Positions 37,879 to 48,330 of a DNA stretch of 64,000 bases are shown in pieces; within the stretch, counting starts at the first letter, position 1; each line of letters opens with the position of its first letter. Both the position numbers and the translations under genes were made by a program. Source of the stretch: an uncultured SAR86 cluster bacterium (lineage in GTDB: Bacteria; Pseudomonadota; Gammaproteobacteria; Magnimaribacterales; D2472); the NCBI GenBank assembly GCA_902624425.1, contig CACNXK010000002.1, forward strand, positions 17,873 to 81,872, given 5' to 3'. Under the pieces are notes generated by a model. It was not told the origin of the DNA, made no database searches, and was given only the letters and a program-made list of their open reading frames with translations.

Positions 37879-39091
37879 ATCAAAAGTAAAAAATATTTTA
37901 TCTTTCTTTTTCTTTATATTTCTGTCCCCATTTTCTTTCTCTGAAATAAATTTCTCTTCGACACAAACTTTTCAAGATGAAAAAACTATAAAAGTAATTA
38001 TTTCAATTTATAGTCCAAAAGATTTAACCGAGAGCACAATAGATATCTATGAATATCAATCAGCAACCTCAATTAAGGACTTACTTTTTAATCTTGATTT
38101 TAAAAAAGTCGACGATAATGCATACAACTTAAGCTTTGAAAAAATAAATGAGGTTGATAGTCCCTATATTTTGTTTACGGTTAAGATTAACGATAGTACA
38201 AAAGATTTTTTTATATTCCTATCGGATCAAGGTTATGAGTCTTCATTAGAACAGATTAAAGCTAATGATCTTGATTTGGATTTTAAAATAATTGAGGAAA
38301 ATGTTTCAGAAGAAATAATTATCCCAGCTGAAAAGATTTCAACTGTATGGTCAATGGCTGAATCACTCAACTATGATGATCTAACAATCTATCAGGTAAT
38401 GTGGAGTATTTTTGAAAATAATAGGTCTGCATTTATTGACGATAATATAAATTTAATCAGAAATGATATTGACATTGTTGTTCCTGAGATAGTTGCAATT
38501 AAAGAAATTGATAGAGCATATGCAAAGTTTAATGTTAGAGAGATGATAGATTCCAACATGACAGAAACAAGTCAGATGCTTACATTAATAGCTCCTAATT
38601 CAGAAGAATACGAGAGTAAAAATATTGAGGATGTGAAAGATAATGAGGTTGAGAGTTTTGAAATCCAAATCGAAGAGGAAGCCAATTTAGAACCAGAAGC
38701 TATAATTGAGTCTCAAACAAGAATAATAGAGATTGAAAGAACTGAGGAAATAAATACTCCTAATGAGGAAATTAATAGCGGAGCAAACATTATGCATCTT
38801 ATAACAGTGAGCATAATTAGTTTGGTATTTGGGTTCCTAGTTGCAGTATTTTTAATTAAAAGAAATTCTGGCCTTGTGAAAGATAAAACTAAAAAAGATG
38901 GCGATGTCTCATCAATGCCTAAAGGTCTAAGTATTAAAAATGACCCTTTTATCCAGCAGTTTGATTTGGCAATTTCTTTATATGAAATGAAAGATTATGA
39001 AAAAGCAAAAACTTTGTTAGACGAAATAATTAATAAAGCAAAAAACCAAAAGCTTATTCAACAGGCTATTGATCTGAGATCAAAATTATAA
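37829..39091 (+). CDS. Short FimV/HubP-like protein (LysM-like segment, one TM helix, FimV C-terminal motif)
   Basis: Up to 420 aa. STVWSMAESL..LTIYQVMWSIFENNRSAFIDDNINLIRNDIDIVVPE resembles the FimV LysM region. It also has an acidic linker, a TM helix (IMHLITVSIISLVFGFLVAVFLI) and a C-terminal FDLAISLYEMKDYEKAKTLLDEII...QQAIDLRSKL like the FimV C-terminal motif. Its position between leuB and truA matches fimV in Pseudomonas. An in-frame GTG at 37868 would give a cleaner signal peptide. Confidence 0.7.
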   Translation: MLPSSLILLRKYLVQDKSKVKNILSFFFFIFLSPFSFSEINFSSTQTFQDEKTIKVIISIYSPKDLTESTIDIYEYQSATSIKDLLFNLDFKKVDDNAYNLSFEKINEVDSPYILFTVKINDSTKDFFIFLSDQGYESSLEQIKANDLDLDFKIIEENVSEEIIIPAEKISTVWSMAESLNYDDLTIYQVMWSIFENNRSAFIDDNINLIRNDIDIVVPEIVAIKEIDRAYAKFNVREMIDSNMTETSQMLTLIAPNSEEYESKNIEDVKDNEVESFEIQIEEEANLEPEAIIESQTRIIEIERTEEINTPNEEINSGANIMHLITVSIISLVFGFLVAVFLIKRNSGLVKDKTKKDGDVSSMPKGLSIKNDPFIQQFDLAISLYEMKDYEKAKTLLDEIINKAKNQKLIQQAIDLRSKL

Positions 39092-39101
39092 GGATCTAGA
39101 A

Positions 39102-39878
39102 TTGAAACTAGCTTTCAAAATTCAATATAAAGGAACCAATTACTCAGGTTTTCAATCTCAAAAGAATGCTATTTCTATTCAGGATAAAATTCTCAAAGCA
39201 TTTAATAATATTTCTATAAACGATTTACAAATGAACTTTTCAGGAAGAACTGACAAGGGCGTACATGCTCTTGGCCAAATCTTTGATGTTAATGTCAATG
39301 AAGAAAGAACAAATACACAATGGATCAATGGTTTGAACTCGAATCTACCACCTGATATTTCAATTGTAAATATGGATAGAGTTAAAGACTCATTCCATTC
39401 AAGATTTGATGCAATTGATAGAACATACTCCTATCTCATTTTTAACGATCAATCAAAGAATGTTTTATTGGATGACTTTTATTATTGGGAGCAAGGCAAT
39501 CTTGATATTGATAAAATGACAGAACAGTCTCAATGCTTAATTGGAAAACATGATTTTTCATCTTTTAGAAGCTTAAGTTGTGGATCAAAAAATCCAGAAA
39601 GAAATGTAAAAAAGATAGAAATTAATAAACAAGGAAATATCCTAGAAATTAAAATAATCGCAAATGCATTTTTGCAAAATATGGTCAGAATTATAGTAGG
39701 TACTTTGCTAGAGATAGGAAAGAATCAAATAAAGATACCTTTGAAAGATATTCTCGAGAGCAAGGATAGAAAGAATGCAGGCACAACTATCAACCCTAAA
39801 GGATTAATTTTTCTTGGCGCTAATTATGGAAATATTACATCACTTAAGCCAGAAAAGAGTCCCTTGATAAGAATATGA
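39102..39878 (+). CDS. truA: tRNA pseudouridine(38-40) synthase
   Basis: 258-aa ORF with a TTG start. MKLAFKIQYKGTNYSGFQSQ and the catalytic GRTDKGVHA are present. Confidence 0.92.
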   Translation: MKLAFKIQYKGTNYSGFQSQKNAISIQDKILKAFNNISINDLQMNFSGRTDKGVHALGQIFDVNVNEERTNTQWINGLNSNLPPDISIVNMDRVKDSFHSRFDAIDRTYSYLIFNDQSKNVLLDDFYYWEQGNLDIDKMTEQSQCLIGKHDFSSFRSLSCGSKNPERNVKKIEINKQGNILEIKIIANAFLQNMVRIIVGTLLEIGKNQIKIPLKDILESKDRKNAGTTINPKGLIFLGANYGNITSLKPEKSPLIRI

Positions 39879-40492
39879 AAGTTAAAATTTGTGGCATTAC
39901 AGATATAGGCACTCTCAGCCTTATTGTTAAAAATAAGATTAATTTTGCTGGCTTTATTTTTCATGAAAATAGTCCTAGAAATGTAACTTCTGCATTTTTA
40001 AGCCAAGTAGAAAAATTTGATTTCAATCAAACTAGACCAGTTTGTGTATTTGTTAATTCTGAAAGATCTTATATTAATTCAGCACTGAAATTTTTTAATA
40101 ATCCAATAATTCAATTTCATGGTGATGAATCCATAGATTTTTGTGAGTCATTTGAATGTGAGTTTTGGAAAGTGTTAAGAGTAAAAGATTCAAAATCTTT
40201 TGAGGATATCAAATATTTCAAATCAGCTAATGCAATTCTACTGGATACATATAAGGATGGAACATACGGTGGGACAGGGATCACCTTTGATTGGAGCTTT
40301 ATACCATCTGATTTAAATTTTCAAAATAAGCTGGTACTCTCAGGAGGACTAACAGTTAAAAATATTAAGAGTGCCATAAATATAAATCCATGGTGTTTAG
40401 ATCTAAATTCTGGGGTAGAATCTTCTCCTGGCCTAAAAGATCACTTAAAAATAACAGAAATATTAAGTTTAATTAGAAAAAATGAAAAATAA
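39875..40492 (+). CDS. trpF: Phosphoribosylanthranilate isomerase
   Basis: 205-aa ORF with MKVKICGIT and the GGTG..FDW pattern. ATGA overlap with truA. Confidence 0.9.
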   Translation: MKVKICGITDIGTLSLIVKNKINFAGFIFHENSPRNVTSAFLSQVEKFDFNQTRPVCVFVNSERSYINSALKFFNNPIIQFHGDESIDFCESFECEFWKVLRVKDSKSFEDIKYFKSANAILLDTYKDGTYGGTGITFDWSFIPSDLNFQNKLVLSGGLTVKNIKSAININPWCLDLNSGVESSPGLKDHLKITEILSLIRKNEK

Positions 40493-41678
40493 TTTACCTG
40501 ACAAAGATGGTTTCTTTGGCGAATATGGTGGGAAATTTGTTCCAGAGACTCTGATGTTTGCTTTGAACGAGTTAGAGCAGACCTATACAAAACTGAAAGA
40601 AAACAATGATTTTAATTCTGAGTTTCATAAAGATTTAACCGAATTTGTAGGCAGACCATCACCTTTATATTTTGCAAAAAGACTCACTGAATTCTATAAC
40701 AGCGGCTCTATTTGGTTAAAGAGAGAAGATTTAAATCACACTGGTGCCCACAAAATAAATAATACAGTTGGACAAATCCTTCTAGCAAAGTATATGGGTA
40801 AGAAGCGAATAATTGCTGAAACAGGAGCTGGTCAACATGGAGTTGCAACAGCGACAGTTGCAGCTAGGCTAGGCTTAGATTGTCATATATACATGGGTTC
40901 CGAAGATGTTAAAAGACAATCACTCAACGTTTATCGAATGAAACTTTTAGGTGCCGAAGTTCATGAGGTTAATTCAGGCTCTGCAACACTTAAAGATGCA
41001 CTTAATGAAGCTTTAAGAGATTGGGTTACAAATATTGAAGATACCTATTACATCATAGGAAGTGTCACTGGACCTCATCCTTATCCAATGATCGTTAGAG
41101 ATTTTAATGCCGTAGTAGGATACGAGCTAATTGAACAATCACAAAAATCTTTTGGAAGAATGCCAGATTCTATAGTTGCTTGTGTTGGAGGCGGATCTAA
41201 TGCAATGGGGATTTTCTATCCTTTCATTGATATGAAAGATGTAGAGCTGATAGGAGTTGAGGCAGCTGGAAAAGGAATTGAAACTGGCGAGCATGCAGCT
41301 CCTTTAAATGATGGATCGCCAGGCGTACTTCATGGAGCCAAAAGTTATTTGATGCAAGATGAAAATGGACAAGTAAGAGGAACTGCTTCAATTTCTGCAG
41401 GCCTAGATTATCCTGGAGTAGGGCCTGAGCATTCATGGCTAAAAGACATTAAGAGAGCAAAATATGTTGCTGTTTCTGATGACCAGGTTATGAAAGCATT
41501 TCATATGGTAAATAAAATGGAAGGAATATTACCAGCTCTTGAGACAGCTCATGCATTCGCTTACTTAGACGATCTGATGCCGACAATGAAAAAAGATCAG
41601 CATATTGTAATCAACGTCTCGGGAAGAGGCGACAAGGATCTTAACAGCGTAGTTGAGATAGAGGATATTCAGCTTTGA
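40482..41678 (+). CDS. trpB: Tryptophan synthase beta chain
   Basis: 398-aa ORF with the PLP-lysine context [11 protein letters not shown] and GGGSNAMG. Confidence 0.95.
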   Translation: MKNNLPDKDGFFGEYGGKFVPETLMFALNELEQTYTKLKENNDFNSEFHKDLTEFVGRPSPLYFAKRLTEFYNSGSIWLKREDLNHTGAHKINNTVGQILLAKYMGKKRIIAETGAGQHGVATATVAARLGLDCHIYMGSEDVKRQSLNVYRMKLLGAEVHEVNSGSATLKDALNEALRDWVTNIEDTYYIIGSVTGPHPYPMIVRDFNAVVGYELIEQSQKSFGRMPDSIVACVGGGSNAMGIFYPFIDMKDVELIGVEAAGKGIETGEHAAPLNDGSPGVLHGAKSYLMQDENGQVRGTASISAGLDYPGVGPEHSWLKDIKRAKYVAVSDDQVMKAFHMVNKMEGILPALETAHAFAYLDDLMPTMKKDQHIVINVSGRGDKDLNSVVEIEDIQL

Positions 41679-42460
41679 GAAGAATTGAAAAAAAATTAAC
41701 AGAGCTTTCAAAAAATAATTTAAAAGCTTTTGTTGGTTACATAGTAGCAGGAGATCCTGACTCACAAACTTCTCTTGATCTTATGCATCTCAGTGTTAAC
41801 GCTGGTGTTGATATCCTAGAAATTGGTGTTCCTTTCACTGATCCAATTGCTGAAGGCCCTATAATTCAGCAAGCTCATGATAGAAGTCTAGAAAATAATA
41901 CCAATCTTGAAAGTATTATTGATCTTATTAAAAGATTTAGGGAAAAAGATAATGAAACTCCAATCATTTTAATGGGCTATATAAATAACTTTTTAACCTA
42001 TAAAGATCTTATTAATACATCACATGAATCTGGCGTAGATGGAATTTTGGTAGTTGATATCCCTGGCGAACTTTCTCTTAAAGACTATGGGATAGATAAT
42101 CAAAACCTAGATATTATTTCTCTTGTATCGCCGACAACTGCCCAAGAAAGGATTCAAAATATTGTTAATAATAGTTCAGGCTTTATTTATTATGTGACTT
42201 TAAGAGGAGTTACTGGATCCTCTAATCTCGATGGAAAGGAAATCGCACAAAATATCGAATATATTAAATCTTTAACTAAGACTCCAGTTATGGCAGGTTT
42301 TGGAATTAAGAGTAAAGATGATGCTAAACTTCTTTCTTCTTTTTCTGATGGAATTGTTATAGGTTCTTCGATAGTTGAACTAATTCATAAAAATTCAGAA
42401 AATAAAGACTTTCATGAAGTAAGTGATTATATTAGTAATATGAAAGATGCAATTAGATAA
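41675..42460 (+). CDS. trpA: Tryptophan synthase alpha chain
   Basis: 261-aa ORF with a TTG start overlapping the trpB TGA. The motif [15 protein letters not shown] is present. Confidence 0.92.
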   Translation: MRRIEKKLTELSKNNLKAFVGYIVAGDPDSQTSLDLMHLSVNAGVDILEIGVPFTDPIAEGPIIQQAHDRSLENNTNLESIIDLIKRFREKDNETPIILMGYINNFLTYKDLINTSHESGVDGILVVDIPGELSLKDYGIDNQNLDIISLVSPTTAQERIQNIVNNSSGFIYYVTLRGVTGSSNLDGKEIAQNIEYIKSLTKTPVMAGFGIKSKDDAKLLSSFSDGIVIGSSIVELIHKNSENKDFHEVSDYISNMKDAIR

Positions 42461-43308
42461 TGAATTGGCTTACAAGATTAATTCCATCAATAGGTAAAAG
42501 TTCTTCAAAATCTAAAAGTAAGATACCTGACGGTGTTTGGACATCCTGTCCTGCATGTGAGTCTGCTCTTTATCAACCCGAGTTGCAAAAAACTTTATAT
42601 GTTTGTCCAAAATGTGACCATCACTTAAGAATCGGTGCAAGAACAAGATTTAAAATCTTTTTTGACAACGGAAACTTTACAGAAATCGCTTCAAATATTG
42701 AAACAAATGATCCTCTCGCCTTTAAAGATGTAAAGGCATATCCTGCAAGAATAAAGGAGGCAAAGAAGAATACTGGAGAAAGTGAGGCTTTATTGGTTGG
42801 ATTTGGAAAGCTTGATGGAAATCTAATTACTGCTGCAGCATTTGAATTTAAGTTTATGGGCGGCTCTATGGGAAGTGTGGTTGGAGAGAAATTTGTTCAA
42901 GGCGTAGAGCATGCGATTGAAAGCAAGACCCCATTTATATGTTTTTCAACAAGTGGTGGTGCAAGAATGCAGGAATCAATGGTTTCACTTATGCAAATGG
43001 CTAAAACATCTGCAGCAATTCAGAAATTTAAATCAAATAAATTACCTTATATCTCTGTGATGGTTGATCCAATCTTTGGAGGTGTTTCGGCAAGTTTGGC
43101 AATGCTGGGTGATATAAATATTGCTGAACCAAAAGCCTTTGTCGGCTTTGCAGGTCGAAGAGTAATAGAACAAACTGTTAGAGTGGAGCTACCGGATGAC
43201 TTTCAAAAATCAGAATTTTTACTGGAGCACGGAGCTATAGATATGATTGTTCATAGATCTGATTTAAGAAGTAAAATAATTGGACTTTTAGATAAAATAT
43301 CAAAATGA
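42460..43308 (+). CDS. accD: Acetyl-CoA carboxylase carboxyltransferase beta subunit
   Basis: 282-aa ORF. The N-terminal zinc ribbon CPACESALY...CPKCDHH is typical of AccD. TAATG overlap with trpA. Confidence 0.93.
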   Translation: MNWLTRLIPSIGKSSSKSKSKIPDGVWTSCPACESALYQPELQKTLYVCPKCDHHLRIGARTRFKIFFDNGNFTEIASNIETNDPLAFKDVKAYPARIKEAKKNTGESEALLVGFGKLDGNLITAAAFEFKFMGGSMGSVVGEKFVQGVEHAIESKTPFICFSTSGGARMQESMVSLMQMAKTSAAIQKFKSNKLPYISVMVDPIFGGVSASLAMLGDINIAEPKAFVGFAGRRVIEQTVRVELPDDFQKSEFLLEHGAIDMIVHRSDLRSKIIGLLDKISK

Positions 43309-43688
43309 ATTTAGAAAAATTTGTTGGTTTAATTTTTGTAATATTAATTGGGCTAATAATATTCATATTTGTTTTGTCGCCTCAACCTAAATATCAGGAC
43401 TCAATTAGTTATCAATTAGCCCCAAATGCAAGAAGCCTCTCTAAAAGTGACTTTGAGATGTATGCAGTAAGAGTTAATGTTTTTGAGAACGAAGAGAATG
43501 CTATATCTCTTAGAAAGAACATAAAAAAATATTTTCCTGCTTATACTGAAGTCTTACCAAATAATGAAGATTTAATCGCAGTTTATGTTGGCCCATTTAG
43601 AACAATGGAAGATGTTGATAAAAATATAGATTTTATATATGAAATCTCAGAAACTGAGTCCGGCGAGGTTGTTTTATGGAAACCCTAG
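43305..43688 (+). CDS. SPOR-domain protein (DedD-like septal peptidoglycan-binding protein)
   Basis: 127-aa ORF with an N-terminal TM helix. The C-terminal SPOR-like pattern is YAVRVNVFENEENAISLRKNI...AVYVGPFRTMEDV. Its position between accD and cvpA matches dedD. Confidence 0.7.
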   Translation: MNLEKFVGLIFVILIGLIIFIFVLSPQPKYQDSISYQLAPNARSLSKSDFEMYAVRVNVFENEENAISLRKNIKKYFPAYTEVLPNNEDLIAVYVGPFRTMEDVDKNIDFIYEISETESGEVVLWKP

Positions 43689-44197
43689 GCCTTAATGTTA
43701 CTGATTTGGTCATACTGTTTGTTGTTGGCTCATCTGGAATTATCTCTCTTTTTAGAGGATTCACAAAAGAATTTCTATCGCTCCTTTTATGGATATTTGC
43801 TTTCTTTGCTGCAGTTGGCTTAGAAGATTATGTAACACCAAAGATAATTGAAATTATTGGAAATCCAGAGGCTTCAAAAATTATTGCATCCGTTATTATC
43901 TTCTTAATTTCCATCATAGTTGGAGGATTTTTGATCAATTTAATTTCAAGAGTAGTTAAATGGTCAGGAATGTCTGGCTTTGATAAATTTATGGGTGTAT
44001 TATTTGGAGTAGGTAGGGGATTAATAGTAATTTTGGCAGTTTACTTTTTACTGCCCTCTAATTTGAAAGAGTCAGAGATCTTTACTTCATCAAAAATCTC
44101 ACCATTTTTTGAGGATTTTTTACCAATTTTAGAAGAATATATAGAGGAATTATTACAAAAATCAGACATTGAGGATTTAGTTAATACCGGGGAATAA
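43676..44197 (+). CDS. cvpA: Colicin V production protein CvpA (membrane protein)
   Basis: 173-aa ORF with four TM segments. The N-terminal ...ISLFRGFTKE is as in E. coli CvpA (SLIRGFVRE). It lies immediately upstream of purF, as in enterics and pseudomonads. Confidence 0.85.
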   Translation: METLGLNVTDLVILFVVGSSGIISLFRGFTKEFLSLLLWIFAFFAAVGLEDYVTPKIIEIIGNPEASKIIASVIIFLISIIVGGFLINLISRVVKWSGMSGFDKFMGVLFGVGRGLIVILAVYFLLPSNLKESEIFTSSKISPFFEDFLPILEEYIEELLQKSDIEDLVNTGE

Positions 44198-44199
44198 AA

Positions 44200-45684
44200 A
44201 TGTGCGGAATTATAGGGATTTCTGCAGAAAATAATGTAGCTGAAGAGATTTATGAGTCTCTATTAATGCTTCAACACAGAGGCCAAGATGCAGCTGGAAT
44301 GGTTGTCTGCGAGTCTAACGGCAAACTTAATAGTAGAAAATCAAAAGGGTATGTAAGAGACGTATTCCAGCAGAATCATATGAGCAATCTTCAGGGAAAT
44401 CTTGGCATAGGGCATGTTAGATATCCAACTGCCGGAGGCGTAGGAAAAGAGTTTGCTCAACCAATGTATGTAAATACTCCTTATGGTATTAGCCTTGCTC
44501 ATAACGGAAACCTAACTAATTCTAAAAAACTAGCAGCTGAATTATTTCATGCTGAAAGGCGCCACATTAATACAGATTCTGACTCAGAAGTGCTTTTAAA
44601 TATTTTTGCACTTGAACTTTCAAAACAAGATGCGGTTTTTCCAAAACCAAAAGATTTTTTTACTGCTGTACAAAAGACACATTTAAGAATCAATGGTGCT
44701 TATGCTGTTGTTGCCTTAATTACTGGTTATGGAATACTTGCTTTTAGGGATCCACTTGGCATCAGACCTCTATCAATTGGAGTAAGAAAAGGAAAAAAAA
44801 GAAATGAGTATGTAGTTTCTTCTGAAACAGCTCTTTTTTCAGCAACTGGTTTTAAATTTCTAAGAGATGTCGAGCCTGGTGAGGCTGTCTTTATTGATAA
44901 TGCTGGAAAGATTTTTACTCAGCAGTGTTCAGCAAGCCATCAAAAGAAGCCATGCATTTTCGAATTTGTATATCTTGCCCGACCTGATTCAACAATTGAT
45001 GAGATATCAGTATATAAATCTAGAATGAGAATGGGGCTTAAATTAGCAAATAGAGTAAGAAGTCTTGGTCTAGAGGATGAAGTTGATGTTGTAATTCCAA
45101 TCCCTGATAGCTCTACATCAGCTGCATTACAACTCGCAGCAGATTTAAAAAAACCCTATCGCCAAGGCTTTGTAAAGAATAGATATATTGGAAGAACTTT
45201 TATCATGCCCAACCAAGAGGAAAGAAAAAAGTCAGTGAGGAGAAAACTCAATATTCTTGACCTTGAGTTCAAAGACAAAAATGTTTTGCTTGTTGATGAT
45301 TCGATCGTAAGGGGAACAACAAGTAAGCAAATAATAGAAATGGTAAGAGAGGCTGGAGCTAAAAAAGTTTTATTTGCATCAGCAGCACCTCCAGTGAAGT
45401 ATCAAAATCTATATGGCATCGACATGGCAGCAACTAAAGAACTGATAGCACACAATAAAACAGAAAGTGAGATCGCAGAAACAATTGGGGCTGATGAACT
45501 AATATATCAAACATTGGAAGATCTTATCAGCTCTGTCCAAGAGGGTAACCCTGAAATTAAAGAGTTTGAAACCTCGATTTTTACTGGAGTATATCCAACA
45601 GATATTGATGATGGATACCTTCAAGACTTAGAAGAATCAAGAAGCGACATTATTAAAATGTCAGAGCAAAAGAAAGCTAAGTAA
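44200..45684 (+). CDS. purF: Amidophosphoribosyltransferase
   Basis: 494-aa ORF with the N-terminal nucleophile MCGIIG and the PRPP motif LLVDDSIVRGTT. Confidence 0.95.
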   Translation: MCGIIGISAENNVAEEIYESLLMLQHRGQDAAGMVVCESNGKLNSRKSKGYVRDVFQQNHMSNLQGNLGIGHVRYPTAGGVGKEFAQPMYVNTPYGISLAHNGNLTNSKKLAAELFHAERRHINTDSDSEVLLNIFALELSKQDAVFPKPKDFFTAVQKTHLRINGAYAVVALITGYGILAFRDPLGIRPLSIGVRKGKKRNEYVVSSETALFSATGFKFLRDVEPGEAVFIDNAGKIFTQQCSASHQKKPCIFEFVYLARPDSTIDEISVYKSRMRMGLKLANRVRSLGLEDEVDVVIPIPDSSTSAALQLAADLKKPYRQGFVKNRYIGRTFIMPNQEERKKSVRRKLNILDLEFKDKNVLLVDDSIVRGTTSKQIIEMVREAGAKKVLFASAAPPVKYQNLYGIDMAATKELIAHNKTESEIAETIGADELIYQTLEDLISSVQEGNPEIKEFETSIFTGVYPTDIDDGYLQDLEESRSDIIKMSEQKKAK

Positions 45685-48253
45685 CTACGTTTATTGATGG
45701 AATGTTGGCTTTTCTTGCCATTTCTACATAATTTGGAAGTTGATCAAAGTTTAGATATTTATAAATGTCTTCGGATAGTGGATTAATTTCTTGCATAAAA
45801 CTCAGATACTCCTCATGAGTTGGAATTTTTCCTAAAACGGCAGAAACTGCAGCGAGTTCAGCAGAAGCAAGAAAAACATCTGCTCCATCTCCTAACCTAT
45901 TTGGGAAGTTTCTTGTCGAAGTTGAAACAACCGTTGAATTAGCAAGGACTCTTGCTTGGTTCCCCATGCATAAAGAACAGCCTGGCATTTCTGTTCTTGA
46001 GCCTGAATTTTCGAATATCTCATAGAAACCTTCGTCTTTTAGTTGTTGTTCATCCATTTTTGTTGGAGGTACAACCCAAAATCTGGCTTTTGTCTTCTTA
46101 TATTTTTTGAGTAAGGTGCCAGCTGCTCTGAAATGTCCAATATTAGTCATACAGGAGCCCAAAAATACTTCATCTATATTTGTGTTACAAACTTCTGAAA
46201 GAGGCTTTATATCATCTGGATCATTTGGGCATGCCAACAGCGGTTCCTTTATTTCATTGAGATCAATTTCTATAATTTCAGCATATTCCGCATCCTTATC
46301 GGCTTCCAAAAGCTCTGGATTTTTAATCCACTCTTCCATTGATCTTGCTCTTCTCTCAAGTGTTTTGGGGTCTCCATATCCGTTTGAAATCATCCATCTA
46401 AGCATAATGATATTTGAATTAAGGTATTCAATAATCGGTTCTTTGTTTAATTTAATTGTGCAACCTGATGCAGATCTCTCTGCTGATGCATCAGAGATCT
46501 CAAAGGCTTGCTCCACTTTAAGATTTGGCAATCCTTCAACTTCAAGACATTTGCCTGAAAAAATATTTTTCTTTCCTTTTTTTGCTACGGTTAAATGACC
46601 TTGTTGAATTGCTGCATAGGGAATTGCATTTACTAAATCACGTAACGTAATGCCTGGTTGCATTTCTCCCTTAAATCTCACCAATACAGATTCAGGCATA
46701 TCTAGGGGCATAACACCGAGAGTTGCTGCAAATGCCACTAATCCAGAACCAGCTGGAAAACTTATTCCAATTGGAAATCTCGTATGACTATCTCCACCTG
46801 TTCCAACAGTATCCGGTATTAACATTCTATTAAGCCATGAATGGATGATTCCATCTCCTGGTTTGAGTGATACACCACCTCTTGTCTTTATAAAATCAGG
46901 TAATGAGTGTTGAGTTTCTACATCAACAGGTTTTGGATAGGCGGCTGTATGACAAAATGATTGCATAACCAAATCTGCTGAAAAACCAAGACAAGCAAGT
47001 TCCTTTAATTCGTCTCTTGTCATTGGACCAGTGGTATCTTGAGAACCAACCGAAGTCATTCTTGGCTCGCAATAACTTCCAGCCCTTACACCAGCTACTC
47101 CGCATGCCTTACCAACCATTTTTTGGGCCAATGTGTATCCTTTTTTAGATTTATCTTCTTGATCCGGACGCCTAAAAATATTGGTTGGTTTAAGGCCTAA
47201 GGCTTCTCTGGTTTTATCTGTTAATTGCCTTCCAATTATTAAAGGTATTCTTCCATTTGCTCTGACTTCATCAAGTAATACATCTGTTTTTAAAGTAAAT
47301 TCAGTAATAACTTCATTACTTTTTGCATCAAGAATTTTTCCATTAAAAGGCTCAAAAATAATCTCTTGGCCCATCTCTAATTTTGTAACGTCGCATTCAA
47401 CAGGAAAAGCACCTGAGTCTTCAAGAGTATTGTAAAAAATCGGTGCTATTTTGCCTCCAAAGCAAAACCCACCCTCTTTTTTATTTGGAATGCATGGGAT
47501 TTCATCCCCCATATGCCATAAAACTGAATTTGTGGCAGATTTTCTTGATGACCCAGTACCTACAACATCCCCAACAAAGACTAGAGGATTTCCTTTTTTC
47601 TTTAAATCCTCAATTGTCTTAAGCGGATTACTTATTCCCTCTCTTGGCATTTTTAGCATAGCAAGGGCATGAAGTGGTATATCTGGTCTTGACCATGCAT
47701 CTGGAGCTGGTGAAAGATCGTCGGTATTAATTTCTCCAGGCACTTTAAAGACCGTTAACTTAATACTCTCAGGGATTTCTTGCTTACTTGTAAACCATTC
47801 TCCCTCTGCCCAAGAATCAACTACAATCTTTGCATATTTGTTTGTTTTGGATAATTCTAAAATCTCATTAAAAGCGTCAAAAATTAATAATGTATTACTT
47901 AATGCAACTGCTGCATCATCTGCTAAGCCGTCTATTTCAAGACAATCAATAAGTGGCTGAATGTTATAACCACCAAGCATAGTTCCAAGAAGCTCAACCG
48001 CATCCTCCTTAGATATGTATGGACTTTGGGTTTTTCCTTTAGTTAAGTCAGATAAAAAACTTGCTTTAACGTATGCCGCGTCGTCTACACCAGCAGGAAC
48101 TCTCTCTCTCAATAGATAGAGCAAGAGCTCATTTTCTTCATTTTCAGCTTTCAAAAGCTCAATAAGAGCTGCGGTTTGCTCTGCATCCAAGGGAAGAGGG
48201 GGTATCCCCATATCCTCTCTTTCTTTGCAATGCTTTCTATAGTCCTCTAACAC
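45677..48253 (-). CDS. acnB: Aconitate hydratase B (bifunctional aconitase / 2-methylisocitrate dehydratase)
   Basis: 858-aa ORF, colinear along its full length with E. coli AcnB (MLEDYRKH.., TDDLSPAPDAWSRPDIPLHALAM, GDVVGTGSSRKSATNSVLW, SVGSQDTTGPMTRDELK, GGDSHTRFPIGISFPAGSGLVAFAA, GCSLCMGNQARV, STSTRNFPNRLG). GTG start. Confidence 0.96.
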   Translation of the reverse strand: MLEDYRKHCKEREDMGIPPLPLDAEQTAALIELLKAENEENELLLYLLRERVPAGVDDAAYVKASFLSDLTKGKTQSPYISKEDAVELLGTMLGGYNIQPLIDCLEIDGLADDAAVALSNTLLIFDAFNEILELSKTNKYAKIVVDSWAEGEWFTSKQEIPESIKLTVFKVPGEINTDDLSPAPDAWSRPDIPLHALAMLKMPREGISNPLKTIEDLKKKGNPLVFVGDVVGTGSSRKSATNSVLWHMGDEIPCIPNKKEGGFCFGGKIAPIFYNTLEDSGAFPVECDVTKLEMGQEIIFEPFNGKILDAKSNEVITEFTLKTDVLLDEVRANGRIPLIIGRQLTDKTREALGLKPTNIFRRPDQEDKSKKGYTLAQKMVGKACGVAGVRAGSYCEPRMTSVGSQDTTGPMTRDELKELACLGFSADLVMQSFCHTAAYPKPVDVETQHSLPDFIKTRGGVSLKPGDGIIHSWLNRMLIPDTVGTGGDSHTRFPIGISFPAGSGLVAFAATLGVMPLDMPESVLVRFKGEMQPGITLRDLVNAIPYAAIQQGHLTVAKKGKKNIFSGKCLEVEGLPNLKVEQAFEISDASAERSASGCTIKLNKEPIIEYLNSNIIMLRWMISNGYGDPKTLERRARSMEEWIKNPELLEADKDAEYAEIIEIDLNEIKEPLLACPNDPDDIKPLSEVCNTNIDEVFLGSCMTNIGHFRAAGTLLKKYKKTKARFWVVPPTKMDEQQLKDEGFYEIFENSGSRTEMPGCSLCMGNQARVLANSTVVSTSTRNFPNRLGDGADVFLASAELAAVSAVLGKIPTHEEYLSFMQEINPLSEDIYKYLNFDQLPNYVEMARKANIPSINVVT

Positions 48254-48330
48254 GCGCCTATTTTACTGCTCTTAACCCCAACTTTCCAACCAAATTTCAA
48301 AAAACCACATATTATTGTATTATTTAATAC

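Noticed and set aside
42460-43688. Absence of folC between accD and the SPOR gene, absence of asd between leuB and fimV, and insertion of trpBA, all relative to Pseudomonas/E. coli gene order.
   Set aside because: This is a gene-order difference, not a sequence feature. The genes may simply be located elsewhere. It is mentioned only as context.
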